Source of the DNA: the human T2T-CHM13v2.0 reference genome, Homo sapiens
Direction: 5' to 3' (one strand)
Length of the DNA stretch: 64,000 nucleotides
Assembly: GCF_009914755.1 (NCBI RefSeq)
Contig: NC_060940.1
Below, piece after piece: positions 34,335-61,061 of the stretch. Each line of letters starts with the position of its first letter. Positions within the stretch are counted from its first letter, which is position 1. The notes below the pieces were generated by a model that had not been told where the DNA came from, ran no database searches, and worked only from the letters and a program-made list of their open reading frames with translations. A program made the translations under genes and the position numbers.

Positions 34335-34530
34335 GAGCCAGCATTGATTTTGGAGTCAGATACATGTGGCTTTCCCACTATTTAGCTATTTGACCTTAGG
34401 CGCATTAATCAGAGCCTCCCTGAGCCTCAGATTCCATATCCTGAAATGGGAATAACAAAACCTGCCCCAGGTTGAGTTAAGGACTTAAATACCATCGGGA
34501 GCTGGTACTGCACAGAAGCGTGCAGCTCAG
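34335..34530 (+). mobile_element. MIR fragment (another at ~13850-13990, minus strand)
   Basis: ttggagtcagat...tgaccttaggc...ctgagcctcagattcc...aatgggaataacaaaacctgcc. Confidence 0.6.
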
Positions 34531-34735
34531 CACACAGTCTGGTCCAAAGTGCTGGTCCCTTTTCCTTGGCAAAACTGGCTCATGCCTTTCATTTCACTCT
34601 TTTGGAGTCCCAAGCCAGCGTGTAGGACAAGAATATAAGGGAAGGTCTGAGAGGTTGGAGGACACAGTCCACCCCAGACATGGCCCAGGCAAGGCCAGGG
34701 CGGCACCAGGAAACCCAAGCTAGTGAGAAGAGTTA

Positions 34736-35930
<1,195 letters not shown>

Positions 35931-35939
35931 AATATTTGT

Positions 35940-37250
<1,311 letters not shown>

Positions 37251-37405
37251 AATGTTCGAGGGCAAAATTTAATGGGGCACCCCAAAACTCAGTCATCACT
37301 ATATCTAATACCTGAACGTAATATTTAAAAAATTATATTGTTGGCTGGGTGCGGTAACTCACACCTGTAATCCCAGCACTTTGGGAGGCCGAGGTGGGCG
37401 AATCA

Positions 37406-37708
<303 letters not shown>

Positions 37709-38120
37709 TTATGTATATTTTACCGCAATACAAAATATTTAAGAATGTTTTAAAAAATCACATTGTCAAAAGACAGGGGTGAGGGGTGGGGTTGGGGGCG
37801 TGGCATTGGCCACCTGTTTTTGTAAATAAAGTTTTATTGGAACCAGGGCCAGGGATTCATGAGACAGGGATGTGAAAGTGCAGGGTTAGCTCCTGTTTTT
37901 ATTTAAAATTTTGATATTTTGTCCATCATGGATTTTTTTGCATTAATCTTGAAGTTTTACAATACTGCATTAAAATATTATTTATCTTGGTTACTTTTTT
38001 TTGTTTGTTTTTTGGCATGCCTGTAGATTTTGCTCTCAGGGTTAGTGCCTCACTCCCTCACTCTAATCCTGGGCCCTGGGGAAGGACCTGAGGGGAGAAC
38101 AGAGAACACTGTCTCCATTA

Positions 38121-38360
<240 letters not shown>

Positions 38361-38894
38361 TTAAATTGAGGCCAGGCCGGGCGCGGTGGCTCATGCCTGT
38401 AGTCCCAGCACTTTGGGAGGCCGAGGTGGGCGGATCACCTGAGGTCGGGAGTTTGAGACCAGCCTGACCAACATGGAGAAACTCTATCTCTACTAAAAAT
38501 AAAAAATTAGCCAGGCATGGTGGTGCCTGCCTGTAATCTCAGCTACTCAGGAAGGCTGAGGCAGGAGAATCATTTGAACCCGGGAGGCAGAGGTTGCAGT
38601 GAGATTGTGCCATTGCACTCCAGCCTGGGCAACAAGAGCGAAACTCTGTCTCAAAAAAAAAAAAAAAAAAAAATTGAGGCCAGGTGCGGTGGCTCACACC
38701 TGTAATCCTAGCACTTTGGGAGGCCAAGGCAGGCAGATCCCCTGAGGTCAGGAGTTTGAGACCAGCCTGGCGAACATGGTGAAACCCTGTCTCTACTAAA
38801 AATACAAGAAAATTAGTCGGGCGCAGTGGCATGCCCCTGTAGTCCCAGCTACTTAGAAGACTGAGGCTGGAGAATCGCTTGAACCCAGGCGTCA

Positions 38895-39215
<321 letters not shown>

Positions 39216-39769
39216 TCATGATTTGTAATCAAATGCTCCTGGTACAGAGGCTAACCCATCCAGCTGGCTTTGTCTCTTTCAGGAAAGATATTTTAAGGAT
39301 CATCTCCATTTGTGCCCTTCTGGGGCCAGGCATCTGTGCTGGGCCAGTTCAAGTATGGGAAGCCTGGCCCAGATGCCTCAGGGGTCCCCAGGTCAGAAGA
39401 GCCGCCCCTCTTCCCTCTCCCTTCTCTTCGGACTGACCCTCAGGGAGTAGGCGAGAGTTTTGCTGTCTGTGGGTCTATGGAGCACCTGTCCGTCAGGCCT
39501 AGAGGCCTCACATCAACAGAGTTGTTGCTTTTCTCAAGCGGTGAATGCATAAGTAGTCACCTTTACCCAACTTCCACACCTACTCTGCTGCAAATCCCGT
39601 TCATGTGCCAAAGCAGCCAAGCGCACAGTCGCAGGTGTACTCAGGCACTTCTTGCTGACAGTATCTGTGGGCACTCCCATTTGGATTTCTCACCATGGCT
39701 GTGAACTCCCAGTGTTTACAGTTGAACAAATGATTTGGCCATCTGTTCAGAATTGTAACACTCACAGTT

Positions 39770-46110
<6,341 letters not shown>

Positions 46111-46418
46111 CAGTTTCTTTCTGTATAAAATAGGGATCAAAAATTGCTGTCCTGGCTGAGTCAAAGGCTGTCAGGAAAGTCAAATGAGATAGCACAGAAG
46201 AAAGTTTTCTGTGAGCTGCTTGGCGTCGTGCAAGTGTGGAGTGGAATCTGGTGTTGTTATTGTTATGGTTAAGATCATGATCATGGTTATGGACATGTTC
46301 AGCTATCCTGGCATCAGGGAGGAGAGGAAAGGTCCCAGGCCTGAGCTCTCCCTCAATGCCAGCTTGTCACCCAGTGCCCAGTGTTGGTCCGTCTGGCAGA
46401 GGCCAGCTGCTCACAAGT

Positions 46419-47088
<670 letters not shown>

Positions 47089-47686
47089 ACAAGTATATCT
47101 AGATATCAGTGCTTGGCCATTCGGAGATAGCAATCAGGGAAAAGGGCCAGTTAACAATAACTTGCCTTGGAGTTCTGCATCATTATTTGGTCTTGTTGCC
47201 TGTGGACTTGAGTTGGACGGAATAACTTTTGAACAAATCTGCTGGGTGCATTTAGACAGGTAAGACAGGCAGTGATTGGAGTTACTGAGAAACTCCCTAG
47301 TGCTCTAGGCTAGCTATTACCACAGTGCAGAGTAGTTTCACTTATTTACTCCCTCCATCTTTTTCAAATTCCTGCTCTCTGTCTTGAGCTGGGAACATAA
47401 AGGAAAGGGAAGACATCATTTATATGCCCCAGATTGAGGAAAAGAGCATGTGAAGCTGGAGGGCATTTGTAAAGCAACTCCCTCCAAAAAATTACCTAAA
47501 CTGCCATGGTGCAGAGAGGCAGAGGGAATATACACATATTTAAAAAGAGAGGGTTTAGTGAAATTAATAGAAAAGTCTCCTGGGAAGTGAGTACTCTGGT
47601 GACTATTAGAAAAGGGAAGGCTGGGCCGGGTGTGGTGGCTCAAGCCTGTAATTCTAGCACTTTGGGAGGCCACGGTGGGTGGATCA

Positions 47687-47902
<216 letters not shown>

Positions 47903-49057
47903 CTAAAAAAATAAAAAAAGAAAGAAAAAAAAAAGAAAAAGAAAAGGGAGGACTACAGATGGGTATATACTACTCCAGCAATCCCAGAGTCTCTGCTTGG
48001 GGGATCAGGGCCCACATCCCATCTTTTGTGACATCTACCCACTTGCTGGGACATACTATGGTGTGTGGGGTTGGAGTGTTGCTCCCTGTCTGCCAAGTGG
48101 CAGTCCCATCTGCACAGCCAAACACTGCTATACAACCCTAGAGCCTTCTTCCCCCTGTTCCCACTCCCACCCCCAGATCACATGGAAGAGAGCAATCGAG
48201 GCCAGAGCTACAGAGACTCAGGTCCTTGCAGAGAGTTGGGGGCTGCTGTATTTTCACTTCCTGCTTTGACCAGCTCTGGCCCCAATGTGTTAATGGGAGT
48301 ATATTCAACGGCATCTTAATTATCCGGGCTGTCATTCTGTCATTGCTCTTAGGTTGTTGAACATAACATACAACTTCCTTGTGGATCCTGACTCTCACTC
48401 CCCTAAATCTTTGCCAGCCTTTGATGGCACCTTCTTCCATCACTAGCATATTTTCTTTTTCCTGCCTCTAAAGAGGAGATATTTCCCAAGGTCGCCCGCG
48501 ACACTCCACTCTTCTGCCTGTACTCTTCCCCTTGGTGACAGTGTACACTTCCTCTACCTCAACAACCATCTCTAGCTGTTAAACTATACACCCGTAGCTC
48601 CCTCTCTGACCCTCTTTCAAGCTCCAGAAAGGCATTTCTGATCACCGTATGACAACCATATCCCAAACTCAACCTGGCACATCCAAACCCATTATCTTGT
48701 TCCTAAAATGAGCTTTTCTATTTCTGCATCATAAAACTTTAGATACTCAGCAAGGAACCTCAGAATCCTCTTTTATTTCTCCTCTCCCACCCTTCCCAAA
48801 CCAATCCACTGCCCACGTGTGTCAATTCTACCTCTGAGATGACGCTCATGTTCACCCCAGCCATCAGATGTAGATCCTTAACGTTACCATAGACCTGTGA
48901 GGACCATAGACCTCACGTGATTTCATTCAGTAAAGAGTGTTTAGTTAACTAGTTGATTACCAGGACAAATTAAAGTATGTAATACAGTCAGTCTGGCTCT
49001 GACTCACCATGAATTCCCATATTGGGAGGACTGCTTGAGCCCAGGAGCTTGAGGCTA

Positions 49058-49511
<454 letters not shown>

Positions 49512-50610
49512 TCAGTTGGAGAAGTAGGAAGCAGACGTACTAGAGAAACATGGCAGAGCTGCCTGGTTCTTTCGAGTATCTATTTGAGAAAGCTGGAAGA
49601 ATTTGCACCAAGATGTTATTGGAAGTCACCTTCCTTTTCCATACCTATATTTCCTGCTTTTTTCCCCCATAAAGAGCATGTGTGGACAGTGGGGTGAGAA
49701 AAAAATAACCTTTTTAAATATATTTATTTATACAAGCAACACATAGATATATTGTCACTGTATAAAAGATCTGCAGATCAGGGGCAGGGGATGACCACAA
49801 GGGGTCATGAAGGACCTTTCTTGGGGTAATGGAAATATTCTATATCTTGACTTTGATTATAACATGATGGTACATATTTGTCAAAAGTCATAGGACTATA
49901 TACCTCAAGGGGTGAATTTTACAGTACATAAGGTATATCTCAATAAACTTGACTTAAAAGAAAAGAGTTATACTATAGAGAAGTTTACAGAGTGAGTGAG
50001 GCATGTCCTCTCACAGCCCTCCCTGCCCAGCTCAGTCTCCCCAGTTCCATTTCTCTGACAAGAGGCAACCGCAACTCACAGTTTAGCATATTTCCTTCTG
50101 GTCTCGCCCACCCATCCCAGCCCCACACAAATTTTTTAACTACAAAAATTTCAAACTTAAAGGGAAAGTACAAGCATAACACAATGAATACCCTTAAACT
50201 CTGCACCTGGATTTGCATGATTGTTAACCTTTTTCTCTGTTTGCCTCTCTCTCTCTGTCTCTCTGACACACACACACACACACACACAGAGATAGACACA
50301 CATCTATGTACATACTTTTTTTCCGAACCATTTTGAGTAAATTACAGCCATTGTACACTTCACCTCTAAATACTTTAGCAGGTGTCTCTTAAGAACCAGG
50401 ATGCTTTTTTCCATAACCACAATACAATTGTCATTCTCAGAAAAATTTTAACATTAGTGTGACATCTCATATATAATCCATATTGAAATTTCATCCATTA
50501 TCCAAATAATGCCTTAAAAAAAAAAAAGCTGGGCCAGGCATGGTGGCTCACGCCTGTAATCCCAGCACTTTGGGAGGCCAAGGCAGGCAGATCATGGGGT
50601 TGGGAGTTCA

Positions 50611-50886
<276 letters not shown>

Positions 50887-51514
50887 TCATTTCTCTTTAG
50901 TTTTATTTAAGTTAGAAGAGTTTTTCATATCCTTCTTTTGTCTCTTGTGACATGGACATTTCTGAAGAGTCCAGGGCATTTCTGAAGAGTCAAGGTTGTT
51001 TTGTAGGAGGTAGCTCAATTTGGATCTGCCTGATAGTTTCCTTATTACTAAATTCAAGTACAACATTTTTGGCAGGAATACTACATAGGAGATGTTGTGT
51101 CCTTCCTGGTGCCTCATATCAAGAGGCAGATGAGGTCAGTTTGTTCCATTATTGGTGTTTTTCACCGTAATCATTTGGTTAGGATCATGTCTACCAGATT
51201 TCCTCACTGTAAAGGTATATTTTCTCTTTTGTAATTAATAAAAAATATGTGAGATGATAAGTAAATATCATCTCACATAAAGATATTACTTATCAGATCA
51301 CAGATTTTTTTTATCTTACTAGGAGACTTAGTAAATATCCTATAATAATGTTCTTGCCTGAATCAGTTATTTCTGATTGTAACATGGTGATTTTCTATCA
51401 TGTTTTCTGCATTTATTTGCTGAAGTTATTTTATTGGAAAAAAAAACCCTAAAACTTTCTCTTGAATATGTTATAATCCATTTCTGCCATTATTCATTTT
51501 GCCACTCAAGTTAA

Positions 51515-51772
<258 letters not shown>

Positions 51773-52507
51773 TAGACTCTCCTTGTACTTTCTCTGTCCC
51801 AGCTCTGGACTCTTCCACTTCTTCAAAGAACCTTAGTTTCTTTTACTAGGGAGTGGGATTTCAAAAATAAGATCAGACCATTATGTGTGCTCATTGCTAG
51901 TGGAGTGTCATTGCTTCCTGGAGCTTTCAATGCTCCAAGCAAGAAAATGTATTTCTTAAAAGATCATGAGTTCACACTGATCCCTGTGGTTCAAATCCAA
52001 TACTACTGGATTCTTCTTCTCCTTCTTCCATTCCATATTTTTATCTACCTTATTCTACAATGGTTTCCAACCAACATCAGCATACGTACTTATTTGCATA
52101 AGCCTGCAATGGACACAAGATATGTCCAGAGTTGTTACACAAGTACTACGACAAACATACTACATCAATTTCAGAAGTTTTGGGCAGTTCTTGTCATCAG
52201 ATATATCCATCCAGAATTGTATAATGACTTTTGGGGCCCTTTCTCTATAAGGAGACATTAAATATTATATTTTATGACTATATTGTTGTAAAGAATATAA
52301 TCTAGACTGGATTCATCATTATATAGTAATTATTATCATGTTTCTTGTTTTCTTCTGAGTTTTTTGGATGCATGTAGCCTGTTATTTTGGCCTGTATTTT
52401 TTATTGTGGCAAAATATACATAGCATAATATTTATAATTTTAACCATGTATAAGTGTACAATTCAGTGGCACTATATACATTCACAATGTTGTGTAACCA
52501 TCACCAC

Positions 52508-52890
52508 TGATATGGCTTGGAGTTGTGTTCTTGCCCAAATCTCATGTTGAATTGTAATCCCCAGTGTTGGAGGAGGGGCCTGCTGGGAGGAGACTGGATC
52601 ATGGGGGTGGATTTCCCCCTTGCTGTTCTCGCGGTAGCAAGTGAGCTCTCATGAGATCTGGTTGTTTGAAAGTGTGTAGCACCTCCCCCTTTGCTATCTG
52701 TCTCTTGCCTGCCATGTAAAGACTGCCTGCTTCTCCTTTTGCCTTCCACCATGATTGTAAGTTTCCTGAGGCTTTTCCATCCATGCTTCCTGTACAGCCT
52801 GTGGAACCATGAGCCAATTAAAACTCTTTTCTTTATAAATTACCCAGTCTCAGGTAGTTCTTTATAGCAATGCGAGAACTGACTAATACA
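52508..52890 (+). mobile_element. MST-type MaLR solo LTR with 5-bp TSD (ACCAC)
   Basis: TGATATGG...ACTAATACA termini with ACCAC at 52503-52507 and 52891-52895. Inserted into an L1M 3' fragment. Confidence 0.88.
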
Positions 52891-53145
52891 ACCACTATAC
52901 CTAACACCTTTTCGTTTTCAACAAAAACTCTGCACCCATTAAGTAACAACTCCCCTTTCTCCCTCTCCCCAGCCTCTTGCAACCCTCTTCTCCTTTCTGC
53001 CTCTATGAATTTGCATATTCTAGGTACATAATATAAGTGGAGTCATACAATATTTGTCCTTCTGTGTCTGGCTTATTTCACTAAGCATAATGATTTCGAG
53101 GTTCATTCATGTTGTAACATACATCAAACATTTTTTTCCTTTTCA

Positions 53146-53846
<701 letters not shown>

Positions 53847-54451
53847 TTAACACCTGTTCGTGGCTCTTAAAAGTATTGTGAACTGGGGCCGGGTGCAGTG
53901 GCTCACGCCTGTAATCCCAGCACTTTGGGAGGCCAAGGCGGGCAGATCACGAGGTCAGGAGATCGAGACCATCCTGTTTAACACAGTGAAACCCCGTCTC
54001 TACTAAAAAAATACAAAAAAATTAGCCGGGCGTGGTGGCGGGCGCCTGTAGTCCCAGCTACTCGGGAGGGTGAGGCAGGAGAATGGCGGGAACCCAGGAG
54101 GTGAAGCTTTCAGTGAGCCAAGATTGCGCCACTGCACTCCAGCCTGGGCAACAGAGTGAGACACTGTCTCAAAAAAAAAAAGGTGTTTTGAATTGGACTT
54201 GGTGGTGCATGCCTGTAGTCCCAGCTACTGGGGAGGCACAGGTGACAGGAACTCTTGAGGCCAGGAGTTTGAGTCCAGCTTGGGCAACATAGCAAGACAT
54301 CCAATTCCCCGACCAAAAAAAAAGCATCATGGGACCTGCCTGATGAAGTTAGTCCTACATGTCACTGACAGTACCTGATAAAGTACAGTGCTCAAAACAA
54401 ATACTGATTCACTGTTTCTTCAGTGTGGTTGTCATCAGTTTGGTATACATA

Positions 54452-54988
<537 letters not shown>

Positions 54989-55360
54989 TGAGTAGCTGGG
55001 ATTACAGGTGTGCAGCATCACGCCTGACTAATTTTTGTATTTTTAGTAGAGACAAGATTTCCAGTGGAGACAAGATTTCACCATGTTGGCCAGGCTGGTC
55101 CCGAACTCCTGACCTCAAGTCATCTGCTCGCCTTGGCCTCCCAAAGTGCAATATTATTTTTAAGTATGTAAAGAATTAATCTGGTTCAAGACTATACTTA
55201 AAAATCCCCTCAGCAAAGTCCATTCACTTCACTTCCCTATACCTTCCACCCTGTTCCATTTCCCATTGTAGTTAAACTGAATTCCTTAGTTTCTGGCTTA
55301 TATTCCCTGTGTTTCATCTTGTTATGTATTTGTTATGTAATTATATGCTAATAACAAGCA

Positions 55361-55365
<5 letters not shown>

Positions 55366-55400
<35 letters not shown>
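55366..55400 (+). repeat. (TA)n(CA)n microsatellite; others at 50245-50290 (CT/CA), 36077-36091 (TG), 36505-36550 (CCCCT/CCCTT)
   Basis: Seen directly. Confidence 0.9.
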
Positions 55401-57967
55401 TATTCTTATTTCCCTTCCTTTCTTACACAAAAGAGTGGCTACTATAAATATTCTTTTGTACTTTTCTTTTTCCTCCGAATGAGTTAGATTGTAAGTCACT
55501 CCATGTTAATTCATTTTCTCTCATAGCTTCATGGTATTTCACTGTGTGGATACAACATAGTTTATTAAACCAATCTCCTCCCTGTGTATGTACATTTAGA
55601 TTAGTACTGGTATTTTGCAATTGTAACTTATTCCAGAATAAATGTCATATGCATATGATTTTCATATGACTTTGATGAGTATCTTCAGGGAAAATTCCTA
55701 AAAATGAAATTGCTGGATTAAGGGGTAAATGCATGTATAGTTTTGTTAGACAGGGCCACATACCCTTCCTTAGAGGTAGTACCCTTTTGTATTCCTGCCA
55801 GTAATATATGAGAGTCCACAGAGTATGTGGTTAAGCTTTAGAATGCTTGTCCATCTGATAGGGAAGAAATCGTGTTGCCTTAATTTGCCCTTCTTTTATT
55901 ATGAATCAGATTTTAATCTTTTAAAAGCCTTTCTGCTGTGAGTCTCTTTCTACTTAAATACATCCTTCATTCTGACTGTTGCCAAGTTAAACATATTTTA
56001 GCATTTTCCTAAAGCTTTCTGCATCCCTCCTTGTAGCATCAATTTCCTCTACCATCTGTCACAATCCATATTTCAACTATATCTCCAACTCTTGTCCATG
56101 TATCAGAAGAGCAGACCGATTCAATTCATTACCCCTAAATACACTCCACCTTTTCTTGCCTCTGAGCTTTTGCCCGTTTGTGGTAATGCCATCTTTCTGG
56201 GATGGCAAATATTCTATTTTCATGGGTTGATATTTTGTCTATATTTCGGGGTCCAGCTCAAACATCCACCCTGATTTTCCCATTGATATTTGTTTTATCT
56301 GTGTACTCCCTGTCAGACTTTAGATGCTATACCAATGACTTTCTCTAGGGGAAAGGGGACATATCAAATCACTCGAAGAGGACTTTTCTTTTAACATACA
56401 TGCTCATCAGTTTGACTCATCTCTCAACCCCAGGTGTATAAATGTTTCTGGAGCAATTTGGCATGTTCTAGGGGATGTGGTGAGGAAAACAGATAAATTC
56501 TCTTCTAAGGAGCTTAAATTCTTGGTGAGGCAATTGATAAATAAATTAGTAAATAAACAGGAACTTAGGGAGTGAAAGTCACCAGAGAATTTAAGCAAGG
56601 TGAGATGGTGACTTTCTTTTCCATTCAAGATGGAAGAGAACAAATTTATCTTTCTGCATGAAACAGCCAAAATACTGGGCAAAATGCATGAAACAACGGC
56701 CTCAAGACTTTGGACATCAGGCAACCAAAGGCAGTGATCCCTGAGAAGTGGGGTAATAAATGAGGTGAGCTTCTTGATTGACCCAGTTTACTGCCTGGAA
56801 AGAGTTTCCAGGTCATAGTGCATGGGTGGGGAAGTGAGGTTTGGGATGGGGAATATAGGCAGAGTTCAGTGGTCATCCTCAGTTGAAGAGATGGAGCTGG
56901 GAGTTGGGGGACACTCAGGTGGCTGGAGTTCTCAGGGGAAAATACCAGAGTGGAGAGAGATGCACAGAGAACTCCAGAGATCTACAGAGTGTTTCCCTCA
57001 AGTATTTAGCTGATATTGATGAACACATGTGGGTGAAGAAACTACTGAGAATCAGTAAAAACCAACTGAAAGTGTTAGAGGGAACAATCCTGGAAGCTCA
57101 CACAACCCAACATTCCACTGGCCAGACTGGAAAATCTCATAATTCTTAGGACATTGGGTTGAATACTGAAAGTGCTTTTACCTTAGTTGTGGAAAATAAT
57201 TAGCTTCTCTTGTCTCTACTAAAAAACCTTAAAGGCAAGACCCCCAAAGGACAAAGAAGCAGAAAAATACTGCCTCTTTGGCAGTATTTTAACAGGATAT
57301 TGGTAAACAATTATGAGAAAAATTAGAAACTGTCCCACAAATGACAAATGACAAAGCCGACAGAATCAGTAGAAAGGGGCATTAAAACTGTTATTGTAAG
57401 TGTTCTCACATGCTCAAGAAGCTACAGGAAAGACAACATCTTAATTAGACGCAATGAAGACAGAAAAGAAAATATCCAAATCAAACTTCTGAGATGAAGT
57501 TTGTATTTGTCTGAGATGACAAATACACTGGAGAGGATGAAGGACTGTTTAGAAATTGCAGAAGAAAAAAGCAGCGTTCACCAAAGATACATGCTTCACT
57601 ATGCAGCTATAGCAATAGAAATTATCTAAAATGAAATACAAAGAGAAAGAAGACAGAAACAAAATCAGTAGAGAGTTGGTGAGCTGTGAGACAATTTCTA
57701 GCAGGCTAATATATGTGTAATTGAATTCCCAGAGGGAGGGAGGGAAACAAAAATATTTGAGGATATAAAGGCTGATAGTTTTCCAAATACGATGAAAACT
57801 ATATATTCCCAGACCCAAGAATTTCAACAAACCCCAAGCACAAGAGGCATTAAGAAAATTACATTAAAGAACATTATAAGCAAATTGCTTAAAACTGGCA
57901 ATAATGAGAAATATCCTAAAAGTAGCTGCAGAGGGGAATGGGCAGGGGGACCCATTACATACTAAAG

Positions 57968-58306
57968 CAGCAGTCCCCAGTCTTTTTGGCACGAGGGATT
58001 GGTTTTGTGGAAGACAATTTTTCCACGGACAGGAGTTAGAAGGATGGTTTTGGAAAGAAACCGTTCCACCTCAGATCAACAGGCATCAGTTAGATTCTCA
58101 CAAGGAGTGTGCAACTTAGATCCCTCACATGCACATTTCACAATAGGGTTCAAGCTCCTATGAGAATCTAATGCTGCCACTGATCTGACAGGAGGAGGAG
58201 CTCAGGAAGTAATGCTTGCTCACCCACTCACCTCCTGCTGTGCAGCCTGGTTCCTAACAGGCCACAGACCAGTACCGGTCTGCAGCCCAGGGGCTGGGGA
58301 CCCTTG
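57968..58306 (+). mobile_element. MER1-type hAT-Charlie DNA transposon (MER1B-like)
   Basis: Termini cagcagtcccca...tggggacccttg with internal ggttttgtggaagacaatttttccacggac and gagaatctaatgctgccactgatctgacagg. Confidence 0.8.
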
Positions 58307-58587
58307 TTTAAAAAACAAAGATAAGGATGACAAGAGATTGCTCATTGAAAACAATGCAAGCCAGAAGACAATGGAGCAACATCTTTAAAGCACTGAAAGA
58401 ATAAAGCTTGTCAACCTAGAATTCTATACTCAGTGAAGATATATTTAGAGAATAAAAAAGAGTAAACAAAGACCTTTTCAGACATAAAAAAACTGAAGGA
58501 ATACACTTATAGCAGACCTATACTATAAGAAATAAAGTCTTTCAGACAGAAGACAAATGATACCATATGGTAATACTGATCTATTTA

Positions 58588-59286
<699 letters not shown>

Positions 59287-59577
59287 TCAGTAAGATAACA
59301 AAAGAGGAACAACAAGCAAATAGGACAAATAGAAAACAAGGAGCAAGATGGTAACCCTAAACCTAACCATATCAATAACCACATTAAGTGTAAATTTCAT
59401 CTGGGTACAGTGACATACTTGTAATCCTAGCACTTTGGGAGTCTGAGGTGGGAGGATTACTGGAAGCCAGGAGTTTGAGACCAGCCTGGGCAACATGGTG
59501 AGACCCCCATCTCCACAAAAAATAAAAATAAAAATTAGGCAGACATGGTAGCATGCACATGTAATCCTAGCTACTCA

Positions 59578-59682
<105 letters not shown>

Positions 59683-60043
59683 CTAAAAAAGAAAAAATTT
59701 ACGAGATTGGGTAGTTAAAATCCAACTATATGCTGCCTACAAGAAATCTCACCTTAAATATGAAGACAAAAATAAATTCAAAGTAGAATGATGGAAGATC
59801 TACCACACAAACACTAACGACAAGTAAGCTGAAGTGGCACTATTGCTATAAAACAAAATAGATTCCACAGCAAAGAATATTACCAAGAATAAAAAGTAAT
59901 CATAATAATTATTAATATATATGATTAAAACAATAAAGTAGCTAATAATCAAGGGACCATAATCTTAAATTTAAAAGAGTAGTAAGATACGCATAACATA
60001 AAATTTACCATCTTAAATATTTTTAAATGTACAATTCAGTAGT

Positions 60044-60104
60044 GTTAAGTATACTCACCTTGTGCAACCATCACTGCCATCCATCTCCAGAACCTTTTCA
60101 TCTT
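60044..60104 (+). repeat. Left copy of 61-bp direct repeat flanking the LTR5_Hs (right copy 61062-61122)
   Basis: GTTAAGTATACTCACCTTGTGCAACCATCACTGCCATCCATCTCCAGAACCTTTTCATCTT is identical on both sides of the LTR. Confidence 0.97.
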
Positions 60105-61061
60105 GTTGCCCCTACACACCTGTGGGTGTTTCTCGTAAGGTGGGACGAGAGATTTGGAAAAGAAAAAGACACAGAGACAAAGTATAGAGAAAGAAATAAG
60201 GGGACCCGGGGAACCAGCGTTCAGCATATGGAGGATCCCGCCAGCCTCTGAGTTCCCTTAGTATTTATTCATCATTTGTGGGTGTTTCTCGAAGAGGGGG
60301 ATGTGTCAGGGTCACAAGACAATTGTGGGGAGAGGGTCAGCAGACAAACACGTGAACAAAGGTCTTTGCATCATAGACAATGTAAAGGATTAAGTGCTGT
60401 GCTTTTAGATATGCATACACATAAACATCTCAATGCTTTACAAAGCAGTATTGCTGCCCGCAGGTCCCACCTCCAGCCCTAAGGCGGTTTTTCCCTATCT
60501 CAGTAGATGGAGCATACAATCGGGTTTTATACCGAGACATTCCATTGCCCAGGGACAGGCAGGAGACAGATGCCTTCCTCTTGTCTCAACTGCAAGAGGC
60601 ATTCCTTCCTCTTTTACTAATCCTCCTCAGCACAGACCCTTTACGGGTGTCGGGCTGGGGGACGGTCAGGTCTTTCCCTTCCCACGAGGCCATATTTCAG
60701 ACTATCACATGGGGAGAAACCTTGGACAATACCTGGCTTTCCTAGGCAGAGGTCCCTGCGGCCTTCCGCAGTTTTTGTGTCCCTGGGTACTTGAGATTAG
60801 GGAGTGGTGATGACTCTTAAGGAGCATGCTGCCTTCAAGCATCTGTTTAACAAAGCACATCCTGCACCGCCCTTAATCCATTCAACTCTGAGTTGACACA
60901 GCACATGTTTCAGAGAGCACGGGGTTGGGGGTAAGGTTATAGATTAACAGAATCTCAAGGCAGAAGAATTTTTCTTAGTGCATAACAAAATGGAGTCTCC
61001 TATGTCTACTTCTTTCTACACAGACACAGTAACAATCTGATCTCTCTTGCTTTTCCCCACA
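60105..61061 (-). mobile_element. HERV-K (HML-2) LTR5_Hs solo LTR, 957 bp, 3'-terminal ~11 nt missing
   Basis: Minus strand starts TGTGGGGAAAAGCAAGAGAGATCAGATTGTTACTGTG and follows the LTR5_Hs sequence throughout. TATAAAA at 60525-60531, ATGCAAAG at 60364-60371, AATAAA at 60264-60269. Ends ...GGTGTGTAGGGGCAAC without the terminal CCACCCCTACA. Confidence 0.95.

Noticed and set aside
50957-50991. Small duplication CATTTCTGAAGAGTC (similar ones at ~48886, ~55047 and ~62887)
   Set aside because: Ordinary slippage micro-duplications, mostly inside old repeats; no sign of function.
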